Source of the DNA: Acidobacteriota bacterium
Lineage (GTDB): Bacteria; Acidobacteriota; UBA6911; RPQK01; JADFOI01
DNA: 64,000 nucleotides
Reading direction: 5' to 3'
Assembly (NCBI GenBank): GCA_963663035.1
Contig: OY760074.1
Coordinates: 2,816,001-2,880,000 of the forward strand
Shown: positions 1 to 9,740 of the stretch, piece by piece
Position numbering within the stretch: position 1 is the first letter of the stretch
Layout: every line of letters begins with the position of its first letter
Program-made: the position numbers and the translations under genes
Notes under the pieces: model-generated
The model's input: only the letters and a program-made list of their open reading frames with translations
Told to the model about the DNA's origin: nothing
The model's database searches: none

Positions 1-2
1 TC

Positions 3-2114
3 TCCAAGACGTTCATGATCGTGGCCAACGAGGACACCGACAGCGACAATGAGACGATAGAGTTGGGCTTCGGGACGCTGCCAGAGGGGGTCAGCAAAGG
101 TGAGATGGCCACGGCCACCCTCACCATCGTAGACGCTGGCCCGCCGGAGCTGACGGTAAGCTTTGCGCGGGCCGAGTACACAATTGCCGAAGGAGGCGAG
201 CCGTCCAGCATCAATGTGAACATCTCCCCGGCTGCGGACCGCCGGGTGGAAGTGCCGCTAGTAGTGACGACGCAAGGAGGTGCGACGAGCCAGGACTACG
301 ACGGGGTGCCGGCGTCGATCGTCTTCGAGGTCGGCGCGACCGTGGTCACTTTCCAGATGACCGCGTTGGCGGATCAGGAGGATGATCCGGGCAAGAGTAT
401 TGTCCTTGGATTCGGGGATCTGCCGGAGGCGGTCAGTGAAGGCGACCCCTCAGAGACCACGGTGAAGTTCACCCAGCAACGCAGCGCGGAGCAGTTTTCG
501 GCATCGATGAAGATCCTGCTGGCGGTAACTGCCCGTTCGGTGGCAGATAGCGCGCAGACGGCGATCCAGTCTCGATTCCAGCGCAAGCGCCAGTTGATGC
601 GGAACAGGCAGTCCGCACGCGGTCCGAACACGGGGGGAAGCCTGTCTGCCGGCCTGGCCAGCAGCAACGGCTCGGGTCTCAGCAGGGCCGGTGCTTTAAA
701 TCACATGCCAGAGGTCGATAGATTCGGCTTTGCATCCCCCAGGCTGGCCGAGGGCGCTGGTCCGTCGATGGGCTCGACCCGCTCAGGCAGCTTGCATAAC
801 TCCTTGGCTCCCGACTATGGCATCGCGCCCACCCAAGCGGCCTACGGGTACGATACGCTCCAAAGGACCTCCACGGCTGACCCATCGCTGGGGGCTCTCC
901 AGTTCTCCGGGATAAGGGCTCGACAACCGGTCCTTTCCCAGGCTTCCTTCAACCTCCAAATGGGAGAAAGCCCCAGGGGCAACGACGGGAGTGGGAGTGT
1001 AGCTCTGTGGGTTCAGGGCGACCTGCAAGACTTCAACGGGAATATCACCCGGGGTGGGATGGACTATCGCGGTGTCATGGGGGCCGTCCACGTTGGACTG
1101 GACCTCTACAACAGCGAACAGATGCTCGTCGGCTTCTCCTTCATGCGAAGCTTTGCTCGTATCAATTACAACGCCGATGGGGTCCATGGGATGTTTAGGA
1201 ATGGTATGAACACGGCTCATCCGTATCTGTACTGGCAGCCCAACGAGCGCTTCAGTGCGTGGGTCATTGGAGGCTTAGGAAGAGGTGAAGTTGATGTCAA
1301 TGAGCCGGGCCGAGCTCACGACTTAACTTCCGACTTTCGTATGTTCTCGGGCGGGATGCGCTCGGTACCGGCCAAGCGGGGCAACACGGAGGTGGGCGTT
1401 GTTGTAGATTCTTTCACTGCACGCCTCGGAACCAACGCTTCGAAAGACATCGAAAGGGTAAGTGGCCAAGTCAGCCGGACAAGGATGATGCTGGAAATTG
1501 TCCACGACAAGCCTCTGGAAGCGGGGAGATCGCTAAGCATTAAGGCAGAATTTGGGCACCGCCACGACGCGGGCGACGCGGATAGGGGTTCTGGGGCGGA
1601 AGCCGGCTTCCGTCTCGGCTATCTGGATGCGGCCGGCGGTCTGGACATTGCGTGGCACGGCCGGATGCTGCTGGTGCGTGAAAGTGACTACCGCGACTTC
1701 GGAGTAGGAATACAGGTTAGCTGGGACTCGGGGGAAAAACATCGGGGTCTGCAACTGTCGATGATGTCTTCGCGCGGACACGATGGGGGAGGCAGGACGA
1801 CGCTGTGGAACAACTCGGCCCTGGTCACCCGTCCCATGGGCTCGGGCTACATGCCCAACGCCTCCCAGACCAGCACGAGCAGCGAGGTGGCCTACGGAAT
1901 GGACATCTTCGGCGGATGGGGTTTGCTGACGCCCTACAGCCGCCTGCAACTTGCCGGCTATGGGAGCGACCTGCGCGTGGGCACCGAATTGAGCCTGCTT
2001 TCTCGCGGGCTGCCAGCGCAGCCCGCGAAGTTCCAATTGGAAGGGATCAGGCGGGAAACCCCCAACCGCATGATCGATCTAGGCATTATGTTAGGAATCT
2101 CGATTCCTTTCTGA
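3..2114 (+). CDS. Calx-beta-repeat surface protein with C-terminal autotransporter-like beta-barrel (5' partial)
   Basis: Frame open to the window edge. Calx-beta-like repeats (LTVSFARAEYTIAEG, DDPGKSIVLGFGDLP), low-complexity linker, amphipathic beta-strand C-terminal domain ending in F. Confidence 0.75.
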   Translation, partial: SKTFMIVANEDTDSDNETIELGFGTLPEGVSKGEMATATLTIVDAGPPELTVSFARAEYTIAEGGEPSSINVNISPAADRRVEVPLVVTTQGGATSQDYDGVPASIVFEVGATVVTFQMTALADQEDDPGKSIVLGFGDLPEAVSEGDPSETTVKFTQQRSAEQFSASMKILLAVTARSVADSAQTAIQSRFQRKRQLMRNRQSARGPNTGGSLSAGLASSNGSGLSRAGALNHMPEVDRFGFASPRLAEGAGPSMGSTRSGSLHNSLAPDYGIAPTQAAYGYDTLQRTSTADPSLGALQFSGIRARQPVLSQASFNLQMGESPRGNDGSGSVALWVQGDLQDFNGNITRGGMDYRGVMGAVHVGLDLYNSEQMLVGFSFMRSFARINYNADGVHGMFRNGMNTAHPYLYWQPNERFSAWVIGGLGRGEVDVNEPGRAHDLTSDFRMFSGGMRSVPAKRGNTEVGVVVDSFTARLGTNASKDIERVSGQVSRTRMMLEIVHDKPLEAGRSLSIKAEFGHRHDAGDADRGSGAEAGFRLGYLDAAGGLDIAWHGRMLLVRESDYRDFGVGIQVSWDSGEKHRGLQLSMMSSRGHDGGGRTTLWNNSALVTRPMGSGYMPNASQTSTSSEVAYGMDIFGGWGLLTPYSRLQLAGYGSDLRVGTELSLLSRGLPAQPAKFQLEGIRRETPNRMIDLGIMLGISIPF

Positions 2115-2559
2115 GGACGTTAGGAAGAAAAACATCGGAACGTCGTTTTCGTTCCGCTAGGCTACACATAACGAGCCGAAAAACCGGTTGTGTTGCTGTA
2201 CGTCTTCAGCGAAAGTGGGACATTTTGAGTCCTCGGCTAAGAGACAGTGGGAACCGATGGGGTGGCGGGGACGCAGGCTTCCCCTGGAAAGACACCATCC
2301 AAAAGTAGAACTTTCTGGCACGATGGAACAGGAGGTTCTCGATGAAGCTGTTCGACTCTCTGGGATGAATGCCACGCTAAGGCCTCATATTTGGCCGTGG
2401 CTGCATCGCTAAGGTATGGGAAAGGGCCGTTTCGGATGGCTCTTCGCGTATGACTTTTCCGTTTCGTGAGGTGACCCCATATAGCGCGTATCAACGACAG
2501 CGAACTGCCGATACGGGCGCTGGTGTCACAGATTATTTCCTAACCCTCTCGACCTTCAT

Positions 2560-3150
2560 TTAGCGGCTCCGGGCCTTCCGTGATTTCCTTACACTCGCCT
2601 TTCCCGATCTCCCAGAATTGACGTAACCTTTCTGAACGGTCCGAGCTGAAGCTCGCCTCTGCGAGTGAACAGAGCTAAGTGCCGAAACTTGGAATTGTAA
2701 ACATTCACCACGTGCCAGGGAATTCTTCTCTATGACTCTCAGATTTTCATTAAGATTCCACAGTTCTATACCTCTTGCATGGCCCCCTTTGTTTTCGACT
2801 ATCCACAACCCCCAATTCCCCTGGAAAGCGATTCTAAGAGCGAGCCGGGGTATGGAATCCTGGTAGTCTGTTGTTACTTGCTCCTGTAACAATTCAGTCT
2901 GCTTGCCGAGCTGTTTCCGTGTAAGCGCTAGTTCCTCGCGCTGAAGGCGGAGCTCTTTGGACTGTAGGAGATACCCGTATACCAACCAACCGAAAGCCAG
3001 GGGTGTGAAAACGCCTGCGAAAAAGTCTCCCAACTCGTTGAGGTTGCCTGCCCTTAAGAGCTCCCAAGCATCGTTAACACGAAGAAAGAGAATGGTGGCG
3101 ATGTAAAGAATGCTCAGGGCACCCATCACGAAAATGCCAGCATGCTTCAT
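2560..3150 (-). CDS. Hypothetical membrane protein with coiled coil
   Basis: Two hydrophobic helices, LNELGDFFAGVFTPLAFGWL motif and ELRLQREELALTRKQL coiled coil. The C-terminus may be frameshifted. Confidence 0.65.
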   Translation of the reverse strand: MKHAGIFVMGALSILYIATILFLRVNDAWELLRAGNLNELGDFFAGVFTPLAFGWLVYGYLLQSKELRLQREELALTRKQLGKQTELLQEQVTTDYQDSIPRLALRIAFQGNWGLWIVENKGGHARGIELWNLNENLRVIEKNSLARGECLQFQVSALSSVHSQRRASARTVQKGYVNSGRSGKASVRKSRKARSR

Positions 3151-3634
3151 TCACTTCCCCTTCTCGACCCATCCGCGTATCACAGGAGACCTTCCGGCCA
3201 CTCGCACATCTTGATAGCGGTCCGCCGCGGATTCAAATCGATGATACCCTCTGCAAGAAACTGTCGCTGCCGTCTCTCACTCCAATCCGCGAGCTTCTGG
3301 TTCGAGAGCCAGGTCTGACCGGGCAAAAATCACCTTAGGTTCAGCCCCACGGCCCGCCAACTTGGCCACCGCCAAACCCCACATGGGTGATGTGCCCAAG
3401 GCCGCCTAACGACCCTAGAGCTCCCGGGGCCCAAGGAAGTCATGCCACTCACGGCTTTCCCCCTGAAAACCCTCTAGAAAGGTTTGCACAAAGCTACCTG
3501 GAGGCCGTGGATTTCAAGTAGAAGGTGGGGAGTACTCCAAATTTCCGGTCGATCTCAGACAGAGTCTCCTCGTCGTTGACTAGCTCAACTTTGCCCATTC
3601 TCCCATGCCCGCCAGACAAACCCCACACAGAAAA

Positions 3635-3664
3635 GCGTTGTTGCATGGATCGGGGCGGAAACGG
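3635..3664 (-). mobile_element. Orphan IS5-family (IS903-group) terminal inverted repeat
   Basis: GCGTTGTTGCATGGATCGGGGCGGA matches the end of the element at 12758; 3636-3664 is the exact reverse complement of 5199-5227. Confidence 0.8.
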
Positions 3665-3693
3665 GACCGGTCATCAGATGGCCTCCCAGTGGC

Positions 3694-3721
3694 GAGTAAC
3701 ATAAAGGACGTTATGTTACTC
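3694..3721 (+). other. dif/Xer-like recombination site 1 (symmetric)
   Basis: GAGTAACATAA-AGGACG-TTATGTTACTC: perfect 11-bp inverted arms, 6-bp spacer, XerD-like TTATGTTA arm. Confidence 0.7.
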
Positions 3722-3794
3722 CATAAGGGGAGGCAAGTGCATGAACATGGTTGCTTCCGAGCGCAGCAGAAGCGCACGACCAGTGCCCGACCGG

Positions 3795-3914
3795 GGCATT
3801 GTCAAGTTAACGCATCACAAGCTGAGATAGCCCCACGATATCGTTCGTAAAACCACGTCTGAGTAGTCGATATGGTGGCTTGGTCCATCGTCAACCAGTT
3901 AACGTGACAATGCC
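3795..3914. mobile_element. 120-bp IS6-type MITE
   Basis: Ends GGCATTGTCAAGTTAAC / GTTAACGTGACAATGCC (16/17 inverted match), no ORF; partial second copy at 5716. Confidence 0.7.
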
Positions 3915-3988
3915 CTCCTGGACAACACTGGTCGGTCCAAGGCCAGTCACAATTGGACTGAGCCGGTTTAATGTGGTAACAATAACTC

Positions 3989-4258
3989 TTGAAGATCGAG
4001 TTCAGCACAGCGAAGCGCAATGCCACTCTTGAGTCCCGAGGGCTGGATATGGCCCGTGCCGGCGACGTGTTCGTCGACGACACGCTCACCGTGGAAGACG
4101 ACCGGCGAGACTATGGGGAGGACCGTTTCATCACGGTCGGCTTTCTTGACGGGACGATGGTGGTTCTGGTCTGGACACCCCGCGACGAGGCGTATCGGAT
4201 CATTAGCATGAGGAAAGCCAATGAACGCGAAAGAGCACTCTACACCCCGAGATTTTGA
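3989..4258 (+). CDS. brnT: BrnT family toxin
   Basis: KRNATLESRGLDM..., DYGEDRFITVG, RIISMRKANERER motifs. Confidence 0.9.
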   Translation: MKIEFSTAKRNATLESRGLDMARAGDVFVDDTLTVEDDRRDYGEDRFITVGFLDGTMVVLVWTPRDEAYRIISMRKANERERALYTPRF

Positions 4259-4478
4259 TCCGGACACCGCGCCGGACCTGTCCAGGGACGGCTGGCCGGA
4301 GAAGTTTTCCAAGGCGGCGGTCCGGCGGGGGCGGCCACCGCTCGCCAAACCGAAAGTGTCCACCACCATCCGGCTGTCGCAGGATGTGATCGATCATTTC
4401 CGAGCCGGTGGCCCCCGCTGGCAGACACGGATCGACGACGCCCTTCGCGAGTGGATCGGGAAGCGCGACACAGCGTGA
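4221..4478 (+). CDS. brnA: BrnA family antitoxin
   Basis: RRGRPPLAKPKVSTTIRLSQDVIDHFRAGGPRWQTRIDDALREW; overlaps brnT. Confidence 0.9.
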   Translation: MNAKEHSTPRDFDPDTAPDLSRDGWPEKFSKAAVRRGRPPLAKPKVSTTIRLSQDVIDHFRAGGPRWQTRIDDALREWIGKRDTA

Positions 4479-4489
4479 CCTCCTAACGG

Positions 4490-4915
4490 ATGACCCACTC
4501 ATTCGGTCTTGATGCGCCTTCGGCGCTTGAGGCGTTCAAGAACGCCGCAGAGAAGTTTAAAGACGACGAACTCAATGAGGACCTGGCGCGCGATTGCGCC
4601 TGCAAAGCCTGGCATCTCTGTGATCACGTATACCAAGCGCTTGGTTCAAATTCCCAATTCTCAAGCGTGCGGAAACTCCAGGAGAACGTCAAAGACACCT
4701 GCCGTGAACTAGCCTACCTGCAGGATATTTGCATCGAGTCAAAACACGGAAAGTTTACGCACCATACGCCTCGAATTGATGGAGCCAAATTTCAAGACGG
4801 CGACTTCGACCCGGCTGATTTTGGCCACGACTTCGATATTCCGCGTCTTGAAGTGCTATTAGAAGGCCAGCCAATCTTGTTCAACGATATCGTCGTTCGT
4901 GCCGTGGAGTTTTGA
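4490..4915 (+). CDS. Hypothetical protein, possibly HEPN-like
   Basis: Helical ORF directly after brnA with AWHLCDH and LQDICIESKH motifs; the TGA may be slightly premature. Confidence 0.55.
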   Translation: MTHSFGLDAPSALEAFKNAAEKFKDDELNEDLARDCACKAWHLCDHVYQALGSNSQFSSVRKLQENVKDTCRELAYLQDICIESKHGKFTHHTPRIDGAKFQDGDFDPADFGHDFDIPRLEVLLEGQPILFNDIVVRAVEF

Positions 4916-5017
4916 TCAAAACTCTTTGATGATAACGGGATCAAGTGAATGAGGGAAAGGGGATTGAAGGTGATCTGTCACCGGATGCTTGCAAGGTTCT
5001 TCTCCGGTGGCGCAGCT

Positions 5018-5227
5018 GAATAGAAACGCAGATCGGCCGTTGGAAGAGCTTCATCGTCCCCAGACTCCAATTCCGCAGCTTCTCCAGGCAGATCACGGAG
5101 ATCCAACTCGGCCAGAAAGTCCTGAACACAACGACCGCACTCGGACCGCCTGTGTTCGAACGCATGGCCTGACGCTACGGCTTGGAAAAGGGTTAATTCC
5201 GTTTCCGCCCCGATCCATGCAACAACG
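5018..5227 (+). mobile_element. IS5-family transposase 3' remnant with terminal IR
   Basis: Diverged reverse-complement match to 12759-~12965, ending GATCCATGCAACAACG. Confidence 0.8.
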
Positions 5228-5244
5228 TGCTTCCGGGGCCTATA

Positions 5245-5694
5245 TCACGAAAGCCCTGCCCCGCCTTGCTCGCTGCCGCCCAACGCCGCCAGACGGCGGG
5301 CGCGCCACCGCAGGAGCCACAGCACCAGCCACGCCGGGAGCGAGACGATCCCGGCGTAAATCCAGATGCCGGGCGGTCCGAACAGACCGCCGATGGTGGC
5401 GGCGGCCACCGAGAGTGGACAAAGTACGGCCGCGCACGCGTATGTAGCCGGCCGAGAAACCGGATGCAGCCGCTCCAGGGCGCGCGTCAGCGGGATGCCG
5501 CCGGGCCAGGCGAAGACGAGTCCGAAGACCATCGCGGGCAGGGAGAACAGCATAGGGACGAAACCGGTAGAGAAACTCGGGTCGAAGCCGAACCGGATCA
5601 CCGACAGAACGACCACGCCAATCGGCAGCCACAGCGAGAGCTTCAGCGTTCGTATCATACGGATTGAGCTTACCACGGTGTCCCGAGAGGCCAC
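5245..5694 (-). CDS. Hypothetical integral membrane protein
   Basis: About four hydrophobic segments; start uncertain. Confidence 0.55.
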   Translation of the reverse strand: MASRDTVVSSIRMIRTLKLSLWLPIGVVVLSVIRFGFDPSFSTGFVPMLFSLPAMVFGLVFAWPGGIPLTRALERLHPVSRPATYACAAVLCPLSVAAATIGGLFGPPGIWIYAGIVSLPAWLVLWLLRWRARRLAALGGSEQGGAGLS

Positions 5695-5715
5695 CCCTCC
5701 GGGATCGATTCGTTG

Positions 5716-5795
5716 GGCACTGTCAAGTTAACGCGTCACAAGCTGAGACAGCTCCAAGATATCGTTAGTAAAACCACGTCTTAATACTCGATAGG
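5716..5795 (+). repeat. Partial second copy of the IS6-type MITE end
   Basis: GGCACTGTCAAGTTAACGCGTCACAAGCTGAGA...GTAAAACCACGTCT parallels 3795-3870. Confidence 0.75.
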
Positions 5796-5960
5796 GTTCA
5801 GCACCGTTTCAAGAGACGTGCGTTTTTTGGCATTGTTCACTTTCCGGGCCGGATCCGGCTCGGTCTGGTTCGAAGCGTCCCCCAACTAAAACGAACCTCG
5901 CAAGCGACCGAACGTCGTCGGCTCGCTGATGACCGATCGGGCCCTGGTCGATCTATTTTA

Positions 5961-5988
5961 GAGTGTGATAACGTCCTTCATCACACTC
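5961..5988 (-). other. dif/Xer-like recombination site 2 (near-symmetric, inverted spacer)
   Basis: GAGTGTGATAA-CGTCCT-TCATCACACTC: arms 10/11 inverted; spacer is the reverse complement of AGGACG. Confidence 0.6.
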
Positions 5989-6044
5989 TATGGTCACAGA
6001 AGATGACCTGCTCGCCCCGGCCACCGAAATCCTCGTCTCCCCGA

Positions 6045-6139
6045 GACGCTGCACTTGCCCAGTGGCGTCAACTCGGGGAGGCCTAATCCCCTGTCCTCGA
6101 TGAAATAACTCAGACCTGCAACTTTACTCTGACAGTGCC
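6045..6139 (+). mobile_element. IS6 3' remnant with right IR
   Basis: GCACTTGCCCAGTGGCGTCAACTCGGG...CTCTGACAGTGCC is homologous to ~16900-16990. Confidence 0.8.
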
Positions 6140-6313
6140 AAATATTCAGCTTTAGCCGGAATTAAATGTTTGGCCCTCCGCCGGTTGCGAGTATATACCT
6201 TATGTTTTACTTCAGCCGAATACCCGTCTTGCGAAGGATCTTCCGACGTTCCCGGCAAATCGGACTAATCGGTCTGTCCAGGTCTCCCTTGTTGGCAAAT
6301 CAGATGGACCCGT

Positions 6314-7210
6314 TCAGTTGCCGAACAGGCGTTTGACGGTAAACGTTAGCGCCCAGGAACGCGCGCCGGTGAACCTGTTGTAGTTGGAGAAGTCGGGATC
6401 CTGCTCATGAAACGGGTGAATAGCGTATCCGCCACTGGTTTCCATGCTGCCCAGCATCGAGTAAGTCAGCTTCAGTCCCAACAATGTCTTGTCGCTCAGG
6501 CTGTAGTCGACACCTGCGTGCAGGTGCCCGGCCAAGACCGTGTCGGACAGGTCGGCATCCTGGCTGCCGTTGTAGAACGACAGAGGAGGATCGTAGGCTG
6601 AAGCATTGGCCGATGTGTCCTGGTAATCGGTGGAGAAGTGCACCCCGGAGACCTCGACAAACGCAGGACCCAGCCCGATGCCCAGGTATGGGGAAATTCC
6701 GCTGAACGCATCCGGAAAATCATAGTACGCATTGAGCGAAAGAGTGCGCACAAGGAGACTGTCGATCGAAGCCTGACCATTGGACACGACCGAACCGCGG
6801 TGCCTTTCCCCCAGGGGCGTCCCATCGTAATAGGTGATGCCGCGGAACATCTGGTCGAGGCTGTTCTTCCGCTGCGCGAACGACAACTCCAGGCGCGTAC
6901 GATCGAAGATACGACCAGCCGAGATCTCGAACACGGCTCCGGCGGCTGCCGGGATATCGTAACGCCAGCGGTATCCGGAGATTTCGGGGATAGGGTCCGC
7001 ATCGAAACAAGCATCCGTCGGATAGCAGGTCGACTCCCGATTCCAGCCCTCCTGATCCAGGTCGGCTGCCCAATTCGATCCGATGCCCCCGCCGAGATAC
7101 CATCCGGAGCGCTGCACCCCCCCGACCCCGCTCTGGGCCAACAGATTGGAGATGGGGCAGAGTATCAAGATTCCACCGACGGTGGATGCGATGAACGATG
7201 CAAGACGCAT
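6314..7210 (-). CDS. Outer membrane beta-barrel protein (opacity/P44-Msp2-like)
   Basis: Signal peptide, GWYLGGGIG, LNAYYDF, SPYLGIGLG, AGVDYSLSD strands. Confidence 0.8.
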   Translation of the reverse strand: MRLASFIASTVGGILILCPISNLLAQSGVGGVQRSGWYLGGGIGSNWAADLDQEGWNRESTCYPTDACFDADPIPEISGYRWRYDIPAAAGAVFEISAGRIFDRTRLELSFAQRKNSLDQMFRGITYYDGTPLGERHRGSVVSNGQASIDSLLVRTLSLNAYYDFPDAFSGISPYLGIGLGPAFVEVSGVHFSTDYQDTSANASAYDPPLSFYNGSQDADLSDTVLAGHLHAGVDYSLSDKTLLGLKLTYSMLGSMETSGGYAIHPFHEQDPDFSNYNRFTGARSWALTFTVKRLFGN

Positions 7211-7400
7211 GGAGAGTTTCTACACGGGATTTCCTTTTAGCCTTCGGGCGGTTAAAAGTATACATCCATCTGCGTCCGACCGAGCACGATTTTTCTCCGA
7301 GAGGCCCATCGGCTCATAAACACCCTTCCAGAAGTCTTCACTGGCTGGCAATGCTGTCAGCAATATTGAACGCCGCGGCATCGGCCTCCGGAAGGCACTG

Positions 7401-7538
7401 TCAGAGTTCCTGCTGGACGATTTCCTTGACGAGATCGAAAGTCTCTTCGTCACCGCATCCTGGTATCGATTGGACAGCGCCGCATCCGGCGAGCGTCGAA
7501 CAAATGAAAACGGCGCGGGCGACGGGTTCAAGTCTCAT
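7401..7538 (-). pseudogene. Truncated lipoprotein fragment abutting an orphan IS6 IR (7394-7407)
   Basis: LAGC lipobox; the frame ends inside the reverse complement of GGCACTGTCAGAGT. Confidence 0.4.
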
Positions 7539-7570
7539 TCCGTGTTCAAGCCTCCTTGCCGACGCTTCCT

Positions 7571-8795
7571 TGGTGCATTCCGGACACATAGGTTACAGTT
7601 TATTCCGAAGACATAGGTAACACCTTTGCACCAAAAGGGTTATTTATAGGACCTTCTACTGTCTTTCAAAGTAACCGAGGTCGTATTCCATAAACGACAC
7701 CAGCCAAATTTTCTCTTTGACCTCTTTGATTCCAACATCTTGACCAGCAAACACCGTGCTGAAGTTGATCTTTTGACTTTTCATACAGATTCTGCCGCAG
7801 CTGGTGACGGTCACGGTGCGATCGTGCATGGGGTACTCGACGCGCCCGATTCCTCGGTAGGGACAAGATGCGGGAGTATAGACCTCGGACGGAAACTTCA
7901 TGCCCAGGGCCTCATGAGGTCTCTCGTATTCCGCCTGAAAGGCATTAAACCTCTCTTGCTGCTGAAGAAGGTTGTGGGCAGCGGGAACGACTGTGGCCTT
8001 CTTGAGGGTGAGATGAAGGCGCTCATGCCTTCCGTTCTGCTCGGGATGGCCGGGCTTGATCCTCTCGATTCGGATTCCTAGCCTAAGCCACCAGACGGCC
8101 AGTCGACTGAGTCCAAACAATCCGTTGGGTGATGCAAAAGGGACTCCGTTGTCCGTGCGGATCGCTTCCGGCAAAGACTCTTGAAAGGTTCTCTCGAATA
8201 CGGGGAAAGCACCTCTTTCCTTAACACTGTCGAGAGCCTCGATGGCGAGCAGATAACGGCTGGCGTGATCGCTCACGGTGAGAGGATAACAGTACCTGGC
8301 ATGAACTCTCCTTTGAAGTCGGCAGACCAAAGGTCATTGGGATTCTGGCTGCTGGACAATCGAGTCCCCTCTGCCTTGAACCGTCGCCGTTTTCTACATC
8401 ACCAGGCCGTTGCGATCCAGAACCGCGTGAACTGTGCTCACCGCAGGCGGATTCGGAAACCTACGAATCAGGAGCGCCCGAATCTTGGGAGCTCCCCAAT
8501 ACGGCTTCTCTCGCTTTAGCCTGACCAGGGTCCGTTCCACCTGTTCGGGCAGTTGGTTCGTAACGATGCGGCTTGCGGCTCCGATCCACCAGGGCGTAAG
8601 CGCCGGTGTTTTGATAGCGGTTCCAAATCTTGTAGCCCGTCTTTCTGGATATCCCAAACTCCTCACACAGACGGCTCATTTCGCTATAAATCTCATTCTC
8701 TCGTCCATCACACAGCTTCCATGGCATCTCTGGGCACCTCCCGAGTGTTACCCATGTGTCCGGTATAATTTGTTACCCATCTTTCGGAATGGGCA
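7571..8795 (-). mobile_element. IS481-family element, deletion-riddled copy
   Basis: Identical to 61755-63052 except for 11 indels totalling 73 bp; transposase fragmented. Confidence 0.95.
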
Positions 8796-8930
8796 CTTTC
8801 GGCATAGGTCAGTGGACCTATTGCGGTCCCTCCTTTTTTCCCACCTCGAGTATCTCCCGGAGGCCTTCCTCCAGTCTGCCTTCGGATTGGCGTTTGCCCA
8901 ATGCAATGGACCTTTTTACCCTCCCTAGAG

Positions 8931-9740
8931 GGTTCTGGTGCAGATAGGATTGTCGGAGCGATAAGACCAGGAGTGCGCCCTGGCGATGCGGCCTATGCTG
9001 CCATGACGTGACGCCAGATCACGGCAGGATTCGACTGCCATGGGATCGGAATTGCGAACTGGCGTTTGTGAATCTTCTGCGCCAGCTCGATGCCGATAAT
9101 GACACGTCGCGCATTGTAGAACGTCTTGAATCCCAACATCGAGCGCAATCGCCCTTTCACCCGGCGGTGGTCCTGCTCCACAACGTTGTTCAGGTATTGA
9201 CAGCAACGAATCTTCACCGGGTTCCGCCCCCGGAAGTTGAACTCCCCGTTCATTCCCATGTGCCGCAGGGCGCTATGGCTCGGCCGGTGGCCATCCAGAG
9301 GTGATGCTGTGTGGCTCCCGACGATGCTTCAGCGCCTTGCGAAAGAAGGCCTTCGCCGCTGCGATGCCACGTGCCCGACTGAGAAAGAACTCCACAGTGT
9401 TGCCCTGTCCGTCCACGGCTCGATACAGGTACATCCACTGGCCCCGCACCTTGATAAACGTTTCATCAACCCGCCAACTCCCACCCACCGGCCGTTCGAA
9501 TCGGCTCCAACGCCTTTCGCAGATTTCGGCATAGCGAACGACCCACCGCAAGATTGTGGTGTGCGAAATCGGTAAACCCCGCTCACCTAAAATCTCGACC
9601 AGGTCCCGGTAACTCAGTTTGAAGCGGAAATACCAGCGAAGGCAGAGAAGAATGATGTCGTCTATAGAGGATTCCGTTCCGTTTTACGATGCGCCATATC
9701 TCATTATCGCCAATCCCTGTTGGCTGTCTGCACCAGAACC
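8931..9740 (-). mobile_element. IS6-family element with frameshifted transposase (8993-9697)
   Basis: 14-bp perfect IR GGTTCTGGTGCAGA; LSYRDL, WRVDETFIKV, YLYRAVD, LNNVVEQDHR motifs spread over three frames. Confidence 0.9.

Noticed and set aside
2103-2130. AGGACGTTA as a fourth dif-like site
   Set aside because: The spacer matches, but the arms lack ATAA/TTATGT and symmetry; it overlaps a stop codon and is probably chance.
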